Source: Thermoanaerobaculia bacterium (GTDB taxonomy: Bacteria; Acidobacteriota; Thermoanaerobaculia; Multivoradales; UBA5704). Taken from it: a DNA stretch of 64,000 bases. Numbering within the stretch: position 1 is the stretch's first letter; each line of letters begins with the position of its first letter. The notes beneath the pieces are model-generated. The model saw only the letters and a program-made list of their open reading frames with translations. It was not told the DNA's origin and did not search any database. Of the stretch, positions 1-9,500 are shown piece by piece. The stretch spans positions 1,571 to 65,570 of the forward strand of contig JBBRUC010000002.1 of assembly GCA_038248205.1 (NCBI GenBank). The letters are read 5' to 3'. The position numbers and the translations under genes are program-made.

Positions 1-2084
1 GCCTGCTCTTCCATCATCACCTCGCCGAGCCCCATGTAGACGCCCCCTTCCACCTGGCCGATCGCCAGGACCGGATTGAGCGCCCGGCCGATGTCGTGGG
101 CGATCCAGACGTGGACGGGGCGCCAGAGGCCGGTCTGGGGATCGACCTCCACCTCCACCACCGAAGCCGAATACGAATAGGTGGGGGAGGGGCCGACGCC
201 CGCGCCGCGGTACTTGCCGGGGGAGCGGGGGGGAATGTAGGACCCGACCGTTCCGAGGGTTCCGAAGCGCGCTTCTGCGGCGATCACCGCGTCTTGGAAA
301 GTGAGCCCCTTCTCGGGATCGCTCGCGTCGAACACCTGGCGCTCGGCGAAGACCAGCCGGTCGGCGGGGACCTCCAGCTGGTCGCCCACCGCCTTGGCGA
401 TCAGGTCGCGCGCCCGCTCCGCCGCTTGGAGCGCGGCGTTGCCCATCATCAGCGTCACTCGCGAGGAATAGCTGCCGAGATCGACCGGGGTGAGATCGGT
501 GTCCGCGACGCAGAGGCGCAGGTCCGAAAGATCGATGCCCAGCACCTCGGCGACGATTCCCGCGAGGACCGAGTCCGACCCCTGGCCGATCTCCGCCTCG
601 CCGCAGAAGACCGCGACGCAGCCCGAGCGGTCGATCTTCAACTGCACACCCGACTGCGGCATGTGGTTCCAATAGATCGGCAGCCCCGCGCCACTCAAGT
701 ACGAGCCGCAGGCGAGCCCCAGGCCGCGCCCCTCGGGGAGATTTCCCCACCGCTCGCGGAAGCCGCTGCCGGCGACCACCGCCTCGATGCAGCGGTCGAG
801 CGAAACCGTGTGGAGCTGGAGCCAGTTGGCGGTGATCGTCTCGGGGGCCACCAGCATCCGCAGGCGCAGATCGGCGGGGTTTTGGCCGAGGGCGACCGCG
901 ATCTTGTCGAGCTGGACCTCCAGGCCGAAGCGCGGCTGCGGCGTGCCGTGCCCCCGTTTCGGCCCGCAGGGGGGCTTGTTGGTGAACGCGCGCAGGCCGT
1001 CGAATTGATAGGCCGGCATTTCGTAGGTCACCGTTTCGAGCGCCCCGGTGTAATAGGTCGAAGCCACCCCGTAACTGCCGTACGCGCCGCCGTCGAGCGC
1101 GGTCTCCAGATGGTGCGCGGTGATCTTCCCCTCTTTCGAAACGCCGGTCTTCATCCGCATCGTCACCGGATGCCGGCCGCGGTGGCAGTAGAAAACCTCC
1201 TCGCGGTGGAGCACGATCTTCGCCGGCCGACCGAGGGCGAGCGCCATCTTCGCCGCCACGATCTCGTGGTTGAACGGGTCCGACTTGCCGCCGAAGCCCC
1301 CGCCGTTCGAGCAGGCGATCACCCGGATGCGCGACGCCGGCAGCTCCAGCACCTTGGCGAGCGCGCGGTGCAGGTAATGCGGCGTCTGGGTAGACGACCA
1401 GACCGTCACCCGGTCGTCGTCCTCGGGGACCGCCACCGTGGCGTGCTGCTCCATCGGCAGGTGGGTGTTCCCCTCGTAGAAGAAGAGATCCTCGAAAATC
1501 CGGTCGGCCGCCGCGAATCCCCCTTCGACGTCGCCGAAGCGCATCGAGACCTTCTTATGCAGATTGCCGTCGTCGCCGTAGTCGTGGATTCGCGGCTCGG
1601 GGGTAGCGATCGCCTGCTCGACCGACGCGATGGTCGGGAGACTGTCGTATTCGACGATCACCGCCAGCGCCGCCTCGTAGGCCGCGTCTTCGGTCGTCGC
1701 CGCCACGGCGGCCACCGGATCGCCCACGAAGCGGACCCGATCGGGGCAGAGCGCGTGTTCGTCCATCGAGACCGGCAGGATGCCGAACGGAATCGGGGTG
1801 TCGGCGCCGGTCAGGCAGCCGAGATAGCCAGGGATCTTCTCGGCCTGAGAGAAGTCGATGCTGCGGATCGTCCCATGCGGAATGCGCGAGCGGACGAGCT
1901 TCACGTGGCACATTCTCGGGAACGTCAGATCGTCCGCGAACTTGGTCGCCCCGGTCACCTTCGCGCGGCCGTCCACCCGGCGGAAAGGGGTGCCGATCCA
2001 GCGGAGGGGGCGCTCGGGGGCGGGTTCCGGGTCGGGGAGAGGTTCCTCTTCGATCGGATCTTCTTTGCGCAGCGGCTCGGCCAT
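1..2084 (-). CDS. Xanthine dehydrogenase/aldehyde oxidase-family molybdopterin-binding large subunit (partial; C-terminus runs off the window start)
   Basis: My own minus-strand translation from the ATG at 2084-2082 gives MAEPLRKEDPIEEEPLPDPEPAPERPLRWIGTPFRRVDGRAKVTGATKFADD...FGGKSDPF...VEVEVDPQTGLWRPVHVWIAHDIGRALNPVLAIGQVEGGVYMGLGE. These are typical family motifs. The frame stays open to base 1. It is absent from the ORF track because it is edge-truncated. Confidence 0.85.
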   Translation of the reverse strand, partial: MAEPLRKEDPIEEEPLPDPEPAPERPLRWIGTPFRRVDGRAKVTGATKFADDLTFPRMCHVKLVRSRIPHGTIRSIDFSQAEKIPGYLGCLTGADTPIPFGILPVSMDEHALCPDRVRFVGDPVAAVAATTEDAAYEAALAVIVEYDSLPTIASVEQAIATPEPRIHDYGDDGNLHKKVSMRFGDVEGGFAAADRIFEDLFFYEGNTHLPMEQHATVAVPEDDDRVTVWSSTQTPHYLHRALAKVLELPASRIRVIACSNGGGFGGKSDPFNHEIVAAKMALALGRPAKIVLHREEVFYCHRGRHPVTMRMKTGVSKEGKITAHHLETALDGGAYGSYGVASTYYTGALETVTYEMPAYQFDGLRAFTNKPPCGPKRGHGTPQPRFGLEVQLDKIAVALGQNPADLRLRMLVAPETITANWLQLHTVSLDRCIEAVVAGSGFRERWGNLPEGRGLGLACGSYLSGAGLPIYWNHMPQSGVQLKIDRSGCVAVFCGEAEIGQGSDSVLAGIVAEVLGIDLSDLRLCVADTDLTPVDLGSYSSRVTLMMGNAALQAAERARDLIAKAVGDQLEVPADRLVFAERQVFDASDPEKGLTFQDAVIAAEARFGTLGTVGSYIPPRSPGKYRGAGVGPSPTYSYSASVVEVEVDPQTGLWRPVHVWIAHDIGRALNPVLAIGQVEGGVYMGLGEVMMEEQ

Positions 2085-2088
2085 GGCG

Positions 2089-2739
2089 TTACCCCTCGCT
2101 CTCGGGTTTTTCCTGGGTGCGCGGGCCTCCGGCCCGCAATGGCGGGCGAGACGCCCGCGCACCCGGGAGAAGCCGAAGCGGCGGGATGGTGTTCTCTTGC
2201 GGAATCTCCCGCCCCGGCTCCGCCGCCCCATACAATACCTCCCGCGGCGCCACCCACTCCTCGCCCCTCAGCAACGCCGCCGCCCCTTCCACCGCCTCGA
2301 CGATCTTGTGGTACCCGGTGCAGCGGCAGAGATTGCCGGCGAGCGCCTGGCGAATCTCTCCGTCGGTGGGGGAGGGGTTTTCGGCCAGCAGCGCCTTGGC
2401 CGTCATCAGAATTCCCGGCGTGCAGTAGCCGCACTGGGCGGCGCCCAGGTCGGCCATCGTTTGCTGGAGCGGGTGGAGCGCGTTGCCGATCTGGAGCCCT
2501 TCGACGGTCTCGATTCTTTTGCCCGCCATGTCGGCGGCGAGCGCCAGGCACGAGAGGATCGGCCGGCCGTCCACCAACACCGCGCAGGTGCCGCATTCGC
2601 CCAGCTCACAGCCGTGCTTGGTGCCGGGGAGGGCCAGCTCTTCCCGTAGGACTTCGAGCAGCGTGTGGTGGGTGGGAAAGACGGCGGCGCGCGATTCGCC
2701 GTTGACGTCCAACAGCAGAGTGGTCCATCCCGGTTGCAT
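2089..2739 (-). CDS. (2Fe-2S)-binding small subunit of the molybdoenzyme (CoxS/XdhC-iron-sulfur type) with an unusual C-terminal extension
   Basis: Internal ATG (M61 of ORF 2089..2919). Both cluster motifs are present: GCELGECGTCAV and CGYCTPG...CRCTGY. The stop lies 4 nt before the large-subunit start. The last ~55 aa include the translated REP-like element (GARASRPPLRAGGPRTQ). Confidence 0.85.
   Translation of the reverse strand: MQPGWTTLLLDVNGESRAAVFPTHHTLLEVLREELALPGTKHGCELGECGTCAVLVDGRPILSCLALAADMAGKRIETVEGLQIGNALHPLQQTMADLGAAQCGYCTPGILMTAKALLAENPSPTDGEIRQALAGNLCRCTGYHKIVEAVEGAAALLRGEEWVAPREVLYGAAEPGREIPQENTIPPLRLLPGARASRPPLRAGGPRTQEKPESEG
2112..2167. repeat. REP-like nested palindrome, copy A (inside the 3' end of the 2Fe-2S gene)
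   Basis: Sequence CCTGGGTGC-GCGGGCCTCCGGCCCGC-AATG-GCGGGCGAGACGCCCGC-GCACCCGGG. Position anchored by the GTG of ORF 2117. Flanks are also partly palindromic (cgctctcgggttttt / agaagccgaagcggcgg). Confidence 0.9.
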
Positions 2740-2836
2740 CGATCCGGCTCCTTCGGTTGCCCCCATCGTTTCAGAACCGAGGGGTGCGGGGGAACCCTTG
2801 CCAGGGAAACCCCCGCGAGCCGGGCCGGTTGCGGAC

Positions 2837-3865
2837 CTACGGGACGATGAAACCTTCGAAGAGGGCGTCCCAGTTGAGCGAGGAGCTACCCGGCTTCGCC
2901 GAGTTGAACGAGTAGGCATAAACCTGCCAGTCGTTGTCCGGATCGGGGATGTTCCAGATCGAAACCCAGCCCGAGTCCGGCGTGCCGCTGATGTCGATCA
3001 GGTTGACCACATGGTCGAAACGGAAGGTCAGGTCCGCCACCAGCGTGCCGTCCTCGCGGTAGCGCTTGTAGGGGTACGCCTCGGCGCAGGTGCCCAGCGC
3101 TTGGCAACGCTTGGACGGGCCTTCGGTCCGGTGGGTGTTCCAGGTAAAGACGACCAGGCGGCTTCTTCCGGCGAGCGGCGTCGAGCCGAACTGGCGCAGC
3201 TGGATGCGGTTGATCACGTTGTCAGCGTTGCCCGTGCAGGGAACGGTGCCCGCGATGATCTGATCGGCGCACAGACGCGCCGGGGCGTCAATCTCTTCGC
3301 GTCGCCCGGAGGAGTAGAAGTCCTTGAGGAGGCCGTCGAGCGAAGTCGGGACGACTTCGAGCGGCACCATGCTGATGCCGTTGGCCGAGCCTTCGGAGAG
3401 GCGCGTGTAGTAGATGTAGCCTTCGAGGAAATTGGTGAACAGGAACGGGAACGAGAAGTTCGTCGGGTCGAGCGTCGTCGCGGCCGAGACGCCGTCGATG
3501 GTGACGAACCCGCGGTAGAACGCGCCCTGCGTGAGCTGGGTCTTGGCGGACGCCGAGGCTCCCGAGATCAGGTCGCGCATCGCGGCGGTCCAGCTGGCAC
3601 TTCCCGAAAGCGAAATGTTGCCGCGGATGGTGGTCGGGTTCCCGTCGATATCGAAGACGTGGTAGTGGATCAGGCGGGTCGTATTGCTCTGGTTGTTGAC
3701 CGCGAGCAGCGTGTCGTGAGGATTGATCGACGAGTTGATGCCGGTCTCGAAGAACGGCACGATGAGCGAGGCGCCGGGTACGCGGTCCGGGGTGCCGGGA
3801 ATGGCCAAAAGGGTGCCCGGTGCGATCAAGGCGGCGAGTACCAGTGTGAGGAGAAGCTTTTTCAT
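2837..3865 (-). CDS. Secreted hypothetical protein (N-terminal signal peptide)
   Basis: Starts MKKLLLTLVLAALIAPGTLLA (signal-like). Composition is protein-like and non-repetitive. No family recognised. Confidence 0.7.
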   Translation of the reverse strand: MKKLLLTLVLAALIAPGTLLAIPGTPDRVPGASLIVPFFETGINSSINPHDTLLAVNNQSNTTRLIHYHVFDIDGNPTTIRGNISLSGSASWTAAMRDLISGASASAKTQLTQGAFYRGFVTIDGVSAATTLDPTNFSFPFLFTNFLEGYIYYTRLSEGSANGISMVPLEVVPTSLDGLLKDFYSSGRREEIDAPARLCADQIIAGTVPCTGNADNVINRIQLRQFGSTPLAGRSRLVVFTWNTHRTEGPSKRCQALGTCAEAYPYKRYREDGTLVADLTFRFDHVVNLIDISGTPDSGWVSIWNIPDPDNDWQVYAYSFNSAKPGSSSLNWDALFEGFIVP

Positions 3866-4036
3866 GGTTTGGATCTTCCTTTCGTGCGGAGCGTACGAAT
3901 CTATGGAGGCAACACTGAGAGCGTAAGGATAGCGTGTCCCAGAGAAGGGGGCGGGGTCGTCCTTATATACGCTCGGATTTGGCCCTTGGAGGTAAGGCGC
4001 GCGAGGGCGGCCGGAAGTTACCGTCCGCCCCTCGCC

Positions 4037-5938
4037 CTACTCCTCCGCCAGCACCACGATTCGATCGGCGGCGGTAAAGGAGAGGGTCTCGGATTTCTTC
4101 GGATTGAGCTTGATGCCGTAGGCGCGATCGGCATTCTTCACGTCGGCCGCGATGCGATAGCCGATCGCCGATTCGCCGCGGCGGCGCGCGGATTCGACCA
4201 CGGTGTAGAAATCGACCGGAGTGCCGGGCCGCACGTAGGCCCCGGCGGGTTTCAGGTAGATCTCGCTGCCGTCGGGGTCGAGCAGGTCGTCGAACACGGC
4301 GGCAAGCTGCTTGTTTTCCGAGATTTGCGCCAACATCAAGCTGATCAGCCGGTCGCTGACGATGAAGTCGTCCGCCTTCGTGACTTCGGCGAGAGCGCGG
4401 TTGCGCACGTCGAGCATCTCGCTGACGATCGAGAACGCCTTGCCCTTCTGTTCGCCGATCTCGCGCAGGTGGAGCAGGGTGACGAGCGTCTTGGCGTCCG
4501 CCCGCTGCGCCTCCAGATGATCGGCGTAGGAGAGGACGATGATGTGATCGAACGTCTCCAAGCCGAGAGAGTCGAGCAGGCGCCGGTCCGAGGTGTCCCC
4601 TTCGATCCGCTCGATCGCCATGTTGGCGGAATCGCCGAGGGCCGCGATCCGCTCGGCCGCCTCGGGCACTTCGTCGACCACGGTGGTATGCGATCCGGGG
4701 GCGACATACTGCGAGAGTTCGGAAAGGATCTTCGTCGCCCGCCAGTTCCAGCCCAGAAGCAGCGTCCGCTCCGGCGCCTGAGGCACGTCGATCCCTTCAA
4801 GGATCGCCTCGTCGCGCACCGGATGGGGCTGGCCCGAGAGGCGGATCGAATCGTCGTCCTGCGCGACCAGGATCAACCGTTCGCCCGCGGCGATCCGCTG
4901 GTCCATCGGTGGATTGAGCCGCGGGCGGCCCGAGAGCGGGGCGATCCCCATCACCGCCGAGTCGTCGTAGGCGACCAGCGCCTCGGCGTAGGTCTTGCCG
5001 ACCAGACTCGGCTCGTCGCGGAAGTAGATCTCGTCACCGCCGAAATCGAACAGCTCGGTGTAGATCACCGACAGGCCGGACTGGCGGCAGGTCTGGGCGA
5101 TGATCCGCGAGATCAGCTCGCCGACCAAGAGCAGCTCGACCTCGTCGCGGCCGACCATGCGGGCGACCTCGAGGTTGTTCGGATCGCGGATCTCGGCTAC
5201 CACATGGTAGGGCGCGGGGCGCCGGTCGGGCGCGTTGGTGATCGCGAGCAGGGTTTTGATCACGCTCGCGTCCGGATCGTCGCCTTGAGGCGACAGGACG
5301 ACGATCGAGTTCGAGGTCTGAAGGCTCACAATCGACAAGTCCGCGAGGTCGATCGGGCTGCCGGAGCGGCAGACGATTCGGGTCTTGCCCGTCGGGCCGG
5401 TGCGTGCGGCGATCTCGTCTTCCATCTCTGCTTTGTCGCCGTCGCCCAACACGACGATGCAGGCGCCTTTGCGGCTTTCGTTCGCGAGCAGCAGCTCGGA
5501 AAGGATCGGGAAGATTTGCTGCGACCAGCCGAGGATGATCGTATGCCCTGTTTCGATCACCCGCGAGCGCCCTTTGCGCAGGTTGGAGAGCTTGCCTTCG
5601 AGGCCGTTGTTTAAGACGCCGATCAGAGTCGAAACGGTGAACACGCCGCCCAAGGTCACCGCGAGCATGGCGCCGACGAACCAGACGCTGCCGGCGTCGC
5701 CGCTCATCGTGCCGGTGTCGAGCGAGCGCAACAAGCCCATCCAGGCGAGGCTGGAGAAGCCGACCGGCTGGCCGTCCTCTCCCGGCGGGGCCACGTGCGC
5801 CAGGGTGACGAACGCGGCGATCGAAATCACCATGAGGGCCGAGGCGACCGCGAGAGCGAGGAGGAGCGCGCCCGTGCCGCGGGCCATGAAATTGTCAAAG
5901 CGGTAGCGCCAACGGTCGCGCCAAGTGACCTGAATCAA
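4037..5938 (-). CDS. CASTOR/POLLUX-related putative ion channel with tandem RCK/TrkA-N domains
   Basis: N-terminal RDRWRYRFDNFMARG motif followed by TM helices and two RCK-like repeats (HTIILGW..., LLLGWNWR...). I place the start at the TTG at 5938, which has GGAGG 8 nt upstream, rather than the GTG at 6040. Confidence 0.75.
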   Translation of the reverse strand: MIQVTWRDRWRYRFDNFMARGTGALLLALAVASALMVISIAAFVTLAHVAPPGEDGQPVGFSSLAWMGLLRSLDTGTMSGDAGSVWFVGAMLAVTLGGVFTVSTLIGVLNNGLEGKLSNLRKGRSRVIETGHTIILGWSQQIFPILSELLLANESRKGACIVVLGDGDKAEMEDEIAARTGPTGKTRIVCRSGSPIDLADLSIVSLQTSNSIVVLSPQGDDPDASVIKTLLAITNAPDRRPAPYHVVAEIRDPNNLEVARMVGRDEVELLLVGELISRIIAQTCRQSGLSVIYTELFDFGGDEIYFRDEPSLVGKTYAEALVAYDDSAVMGIAPLSGRPRLNPPMDQRIAAGERLILVAQDDDSIRLSGQPHPVRDEAILEGIDVPQAPERTLLLGWNWRATKILSELSQYVAPGSHTTVVDEVPEAAERIAALGDSANMAIERIEGDTSDRRLLDSLGLETFDHIIVLSYADHLEAQRADAKTLVTLLHLREIGEQKGKAFSIVSEMLDVRNRALAEVTKADDFIVSDRLISLMLAQISENKQLAAVFDDLLDPDGSEIYLKPAGAYVRPGTPVDFYTVVESARRRGESAIGYRIAADVKNADRAYGIKLNPKKSETLSFTAADRIVVLAEE

Positions 5939-6375
5939 AGGAAGGTACCTCCGGAAAGGGGAAGCGAGCGGCGGGAGCCTATGCCGCGGCGCGGCCGGGT
6001 AGCAAGCGTCACTTTGGGCGGTAACCGAAGGAGCCCACACCCTTCGGGGTCGCGGCCTGCGGCGTTGGGTCTTTGCCCAGGGGCGTTGGGGTCGCGCCCA
6101 GCGGAAGCACGGTCCGGCTCACCCGTGGTCTGTTCCAGCTCTGGGGTGACCTGGCTCAGGTCAGGGGTGATCCCGTACAGGTCAGTAGTGATCTGGGCCA
6201 GCTCCGGGGTGATCTGGCCCGGCCCAGTAGTGGTCTGGTCGAGGGTAGCGGTGATCCGGTCCAGCTCTGTGGTGATCTTGCCCAGCTACGGAGTGTGCTG
6301 GGCCGTCTCCGTGGTGATCTGAATCAGCTCGGGAGTGTGCTGGGCCGTCTCACCGGTGAGCGCGTTCGTTGCCAT
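5935..6375 (-). pseudogene. Heptad-repeat (Q-I-T-P-E-L-x) ORF interrupted by an in-frame TAG
   Basis: The ATG at 6375 gives MATNALTGETAQHTPELIQITTETAQHTP, then TAG at 6288-6286. The frame continues LGKITTELDRITATLDQTTTGPGQITPELAQITTDLYGITPDLSQVTPELEQ... to the TGA at 5937-5935, which overlaps the TTG start of the channel gene (TTGA). Third-codon positions are GC-rich on this strand and frame only. The TAG sits where the other units have GAG. Confidence 0.4.
6146..6360. repeat. Tandem repeat, 10 units of exactly 21 bp (GTGATCTGGCCCAGCTCCGGG-like)
   Basis: Units start at 6146, 6167, 6188, 6209, 6230, 6251, 6272, 6293, 6314 and 6335 with no indels. Phase was checked against ORF 6073. Confidence 0.9.
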
Positions 6376-6537
6376 CTCTCCGGTGCTGCTCGGTGCGACC
6401 GATAGAACGAAGTCTTCGTACTCCAAGCAGCCTCCAGGTTCCGTGGCACGGAGCGAGGATGCGATTCGTTACCGAGAGGTTACGCGAGATCGAAGTTCGT
6501 GTGGGATCACGCGCTCAAGCTCCTGCGTTCCTTCCCC

Positions 6538-9500
6538 TTACGGCTTTTCATTCTTGCCCCCCTTCTTCCCCTTTCCCTTCGCCGGCCCTAGCGCCGCGAG
6601 CCTTTTTTGGGCGAGGGCAAAGGCGCTCACTTGCGGGTAGTCGGTGGGTTTTTCTACTCGGGCGTAGTAGGAGCGGGCCTGGTCGGGGAGGCCGTAGGTT
6701 TCGGCCATGCGGCCGAAGACGTACCAATCGAAGGTCGCTGGTTTGCCGCCTTCGGCGTCGATCGATTGCAGCAGCACGCGGTAAGCCTCGGCCGGGCGGT
6801 CCAGCTCGGCGTAGACCGAGGCGAGGGTGTGGAGGATCGACCGGTCGGCGTGCGCCGACATCTCCGAGGCGCGCGAGGCGTCGGTGAGCGCCTGCTCTTG
6901 GACCGGCGGCTGGAACAGCTGATCCCAGGCCAGGCGGTTGTAGTCGCCCGCTTCCGCTTTATTTCGCTCGATCAGCGTCCGGGTGATCTCCAGCGAGCGA
7001 GCGATGTCGCCCTTGGCTTCGGCGAGATCGGCGAGCAGGTGGAGGCCGACGAGATCGTTCGGCGATTGGGCCAGGCGCGCTTCGACCTGCGGCCGGACGT
7101 CTTCGGCGTGGCCGCGACGGCGCTCGGCGAGGAACAGCGCAGTCAGGGCGCGGTCCGAGTCCGGCTGCGCGGCCACCAGGCGCCGGAGCAGGGGGGAAAG
7201 ATCGTCCCACCGTTCGAGCAGCTCCAGCCCCCGCCAGGTCGCCACGTCGAGCGCCACCGCGCTTTCCGGCGCGGCGGTCGGTCGAAGTTCGGCGATTTTG
7301 CCCAGGCAGTCTTCGATCGCCGCGCGCCAGGCGGGGCTCATCTCTTCGTCGTCGCTCACCTCTAACAGCACGGTCGCGGCGGTGCGGATCTCGTCCGCGG
7401 TGCCCGGACGGCCGGAGGTCCATAGCTGGGCGAAAGGCTGGATCGCGTAAGGGTCCGAATTCTTCGCGTCCTCGAACTCGTCGCGCGCCCAATCGAGCCA
7501 GTGGCGGGCGTCGTCCAGACGGTCCGCCGCGGCCAGTTCCAGGACCAGGCGGGCGACCGGCGCCCAGTCCTCGTTGTCGCCGAGGACGCGATACTCGCCG
7601 TCCTCACGGACCACGAACGTGGTAAACGCATCGGAGGAGCCGAAGCCGTCGAATCGCGAGCGGACCCGGTAGCCGAGATCGTCGTTGCCCGAGGTGTCGG
7701 AGCGCAGCAGGCTGGAGACGAGGTCGAGGGCGAACCGGCCCTGGTTCTCGGACCCGGAATCCTGCCCGAGTCCGAATTTGGTGTCGGCTTCCGAGAGTTG
7801 CTTCACCTCGCGGTCGAGCTCCAGCGGCGGGAGCCGACGGGACATATACCCCTTGATCTCCTCCGGCGCCAGCTTCCCCTGGTAGGCGAGCCGCAACAGC
7901 CGCAGCGCCAGGGTGCCGGGGGCACGCTCCGGCAGCTCCAGGTCCTCCCAGGGGCGGATCGTGGCGATCCGGCTCATCATGCCGAGCTTGGTCGCGCCGT
8001 TAGGAGAGAGCGAGGCGACGATCTGGAACAGCTGGCCGGCTTCGGCGTAGCGCCGGTTTTCGATCAGCTGCTGGCCGGCCAGGGCGAGCATCGCCACCCG
8101 TTGGCTGGAGTCGGCGACCCCGCGGGAGAGCCGCGCGACGGCGTCTGGCCCTTCGAGCAGCGCGAGCGCCGCGGCGAGATATTGCTGCTGCGCCGCCGAG
8201 CTGTCGAGCTTGGAAGCGAAAGTCTTGAGTTCGGGGAGCTTCTTGCGGCGCAGCAGGTTGATCATCAGGTTGACGTCGAGGCCGGAGATCCCCTTGTCGT
8301 GCAGCTCGCGGTAGAGCGTGCCGGCGGTTTCGAGGTCGGCTCCCGGACCGAACTGTTTGCCCTCGGCGTTGAACTCCAAGAGGATCGCCAGATCCGCCCT
8401 CGCTACGTCGGCGTCGGGATCGAGCGCCACGGCCTTGCGGTAGGCGGCGAGCGCACCGGTCCGGTCGAATCCCGCGGCGCCGCGCAGCCGGCCGAGCGAA
8501 TCGTGCTGGAGCACCCAGCCGAGGTTCTGGTGCGCGTCGGCGAGCTTCGGCGCGAGCGCCACGGCCCGCTTCGCCTCGGCCGTCGCGGCCTCTTGCAAGC
8601 CGCCCGCGAGCAGGGCGCGCGAGAGCTGGAGGGCATAGAGCCCCCGGTCCGGATGCGCGGCGGCCAAAGTGCGGAAGGCGGCGAGCGCCTCGGTCACCTT
8701 GCCCTGGTTGAGCGCCGCGGCGCCTACCTGATCGAAATAGATCAACACCGCCTCGCCCTTGGCGAGCGCCAGGGTCTTCTGGCGCAGAGCCTCGAACTCC
8801 TCGGGCGAGAGGTGGTTCTTGCCGGTGTCGAAGCGGAACACGGCTTCGAACGTGCCGTCGGGCAGCGAGCGGTAGCGCCGTTCGAGCGTCGCCGTGCCGT
8901 AGGCCTCCTGCCGCGACTCCGGCATCTCGCGCAGCGCGAAGCCGGGGGGCGGATGAATCTCGTACCGCCATTCGGTGACGTAGGGCTCGCGGAAGGCGTA
9001 CGGTCGGGTGCGCCGGGAGGTGGGCACGGCGTCCGCGTCGTCCTCCTCGCCTTCCGCTTCGTCCGCGCTCTCGTCGTCTTCGCCTTCGGCGTCCTCGGGA
9101 CTCAGATCCTCTTCCGGATTCGCGCCGACCTCATCGGCGATGAGGTTGCCTTCCAAGAACACGGAAGGGAGGCGTTCGAGAAGATTCTCCAACCGGATGC
9201 CGACAGCGGCTTCGTTCAAGTCCGACGAACCGCGCGGCGAGGCGGGAACTTCCAACCGGGTGTGGAACGGTTGGGAGAGATCCGTCGCCGCGGAGGCCTT
9301 GTAGGGGCCGATCTGGTCGGTCAGGAAATACGCTTTGGAATAGTTCTCGAGCCAATCATTCCGCGTCTTTTCGTCGGCCATCCCGAGGTTGCGGCGCGCC
9401 CAGATCTCCAGATCGCCGTGATACTCGTTCTCCTCGACCAGTTTCGCCTTGCCCAGCTCGGCCAGCTCGATCGTGCGGACGCGCAGTAAACGGTTCTCGG

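Noticed and set aside
96-5614. Very long plus-strand ORFs (96..2705, 869 aa; 2483..5614, 1043 aa) and similar ones elsewhere (7501..9489, 34389..35699, 41865..43193, 59142..60116, 61568..62647)
   Set aside because: Their translations are Arg/Gly/Pro/Ala-rich low-complexity sequences with no motifs. They lie antisense or out of frame to genes with clear family signatures, which is the typical open-frame artefact of high-GC DNA.
6073-6405. Uninterrupted plus-strand ORF (110 aa, GDLAQLR heptads) as the coding reading of the 21-bp array
   Set aside because: Its codons are dominated by GGT/GAT/AGT, with T-ending third positions atypical for this genome. The opposite-strand frame has strongly GC-rich third positions and fits the gene orientation of both neighbours. 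Kept only as an alternative in the finding.
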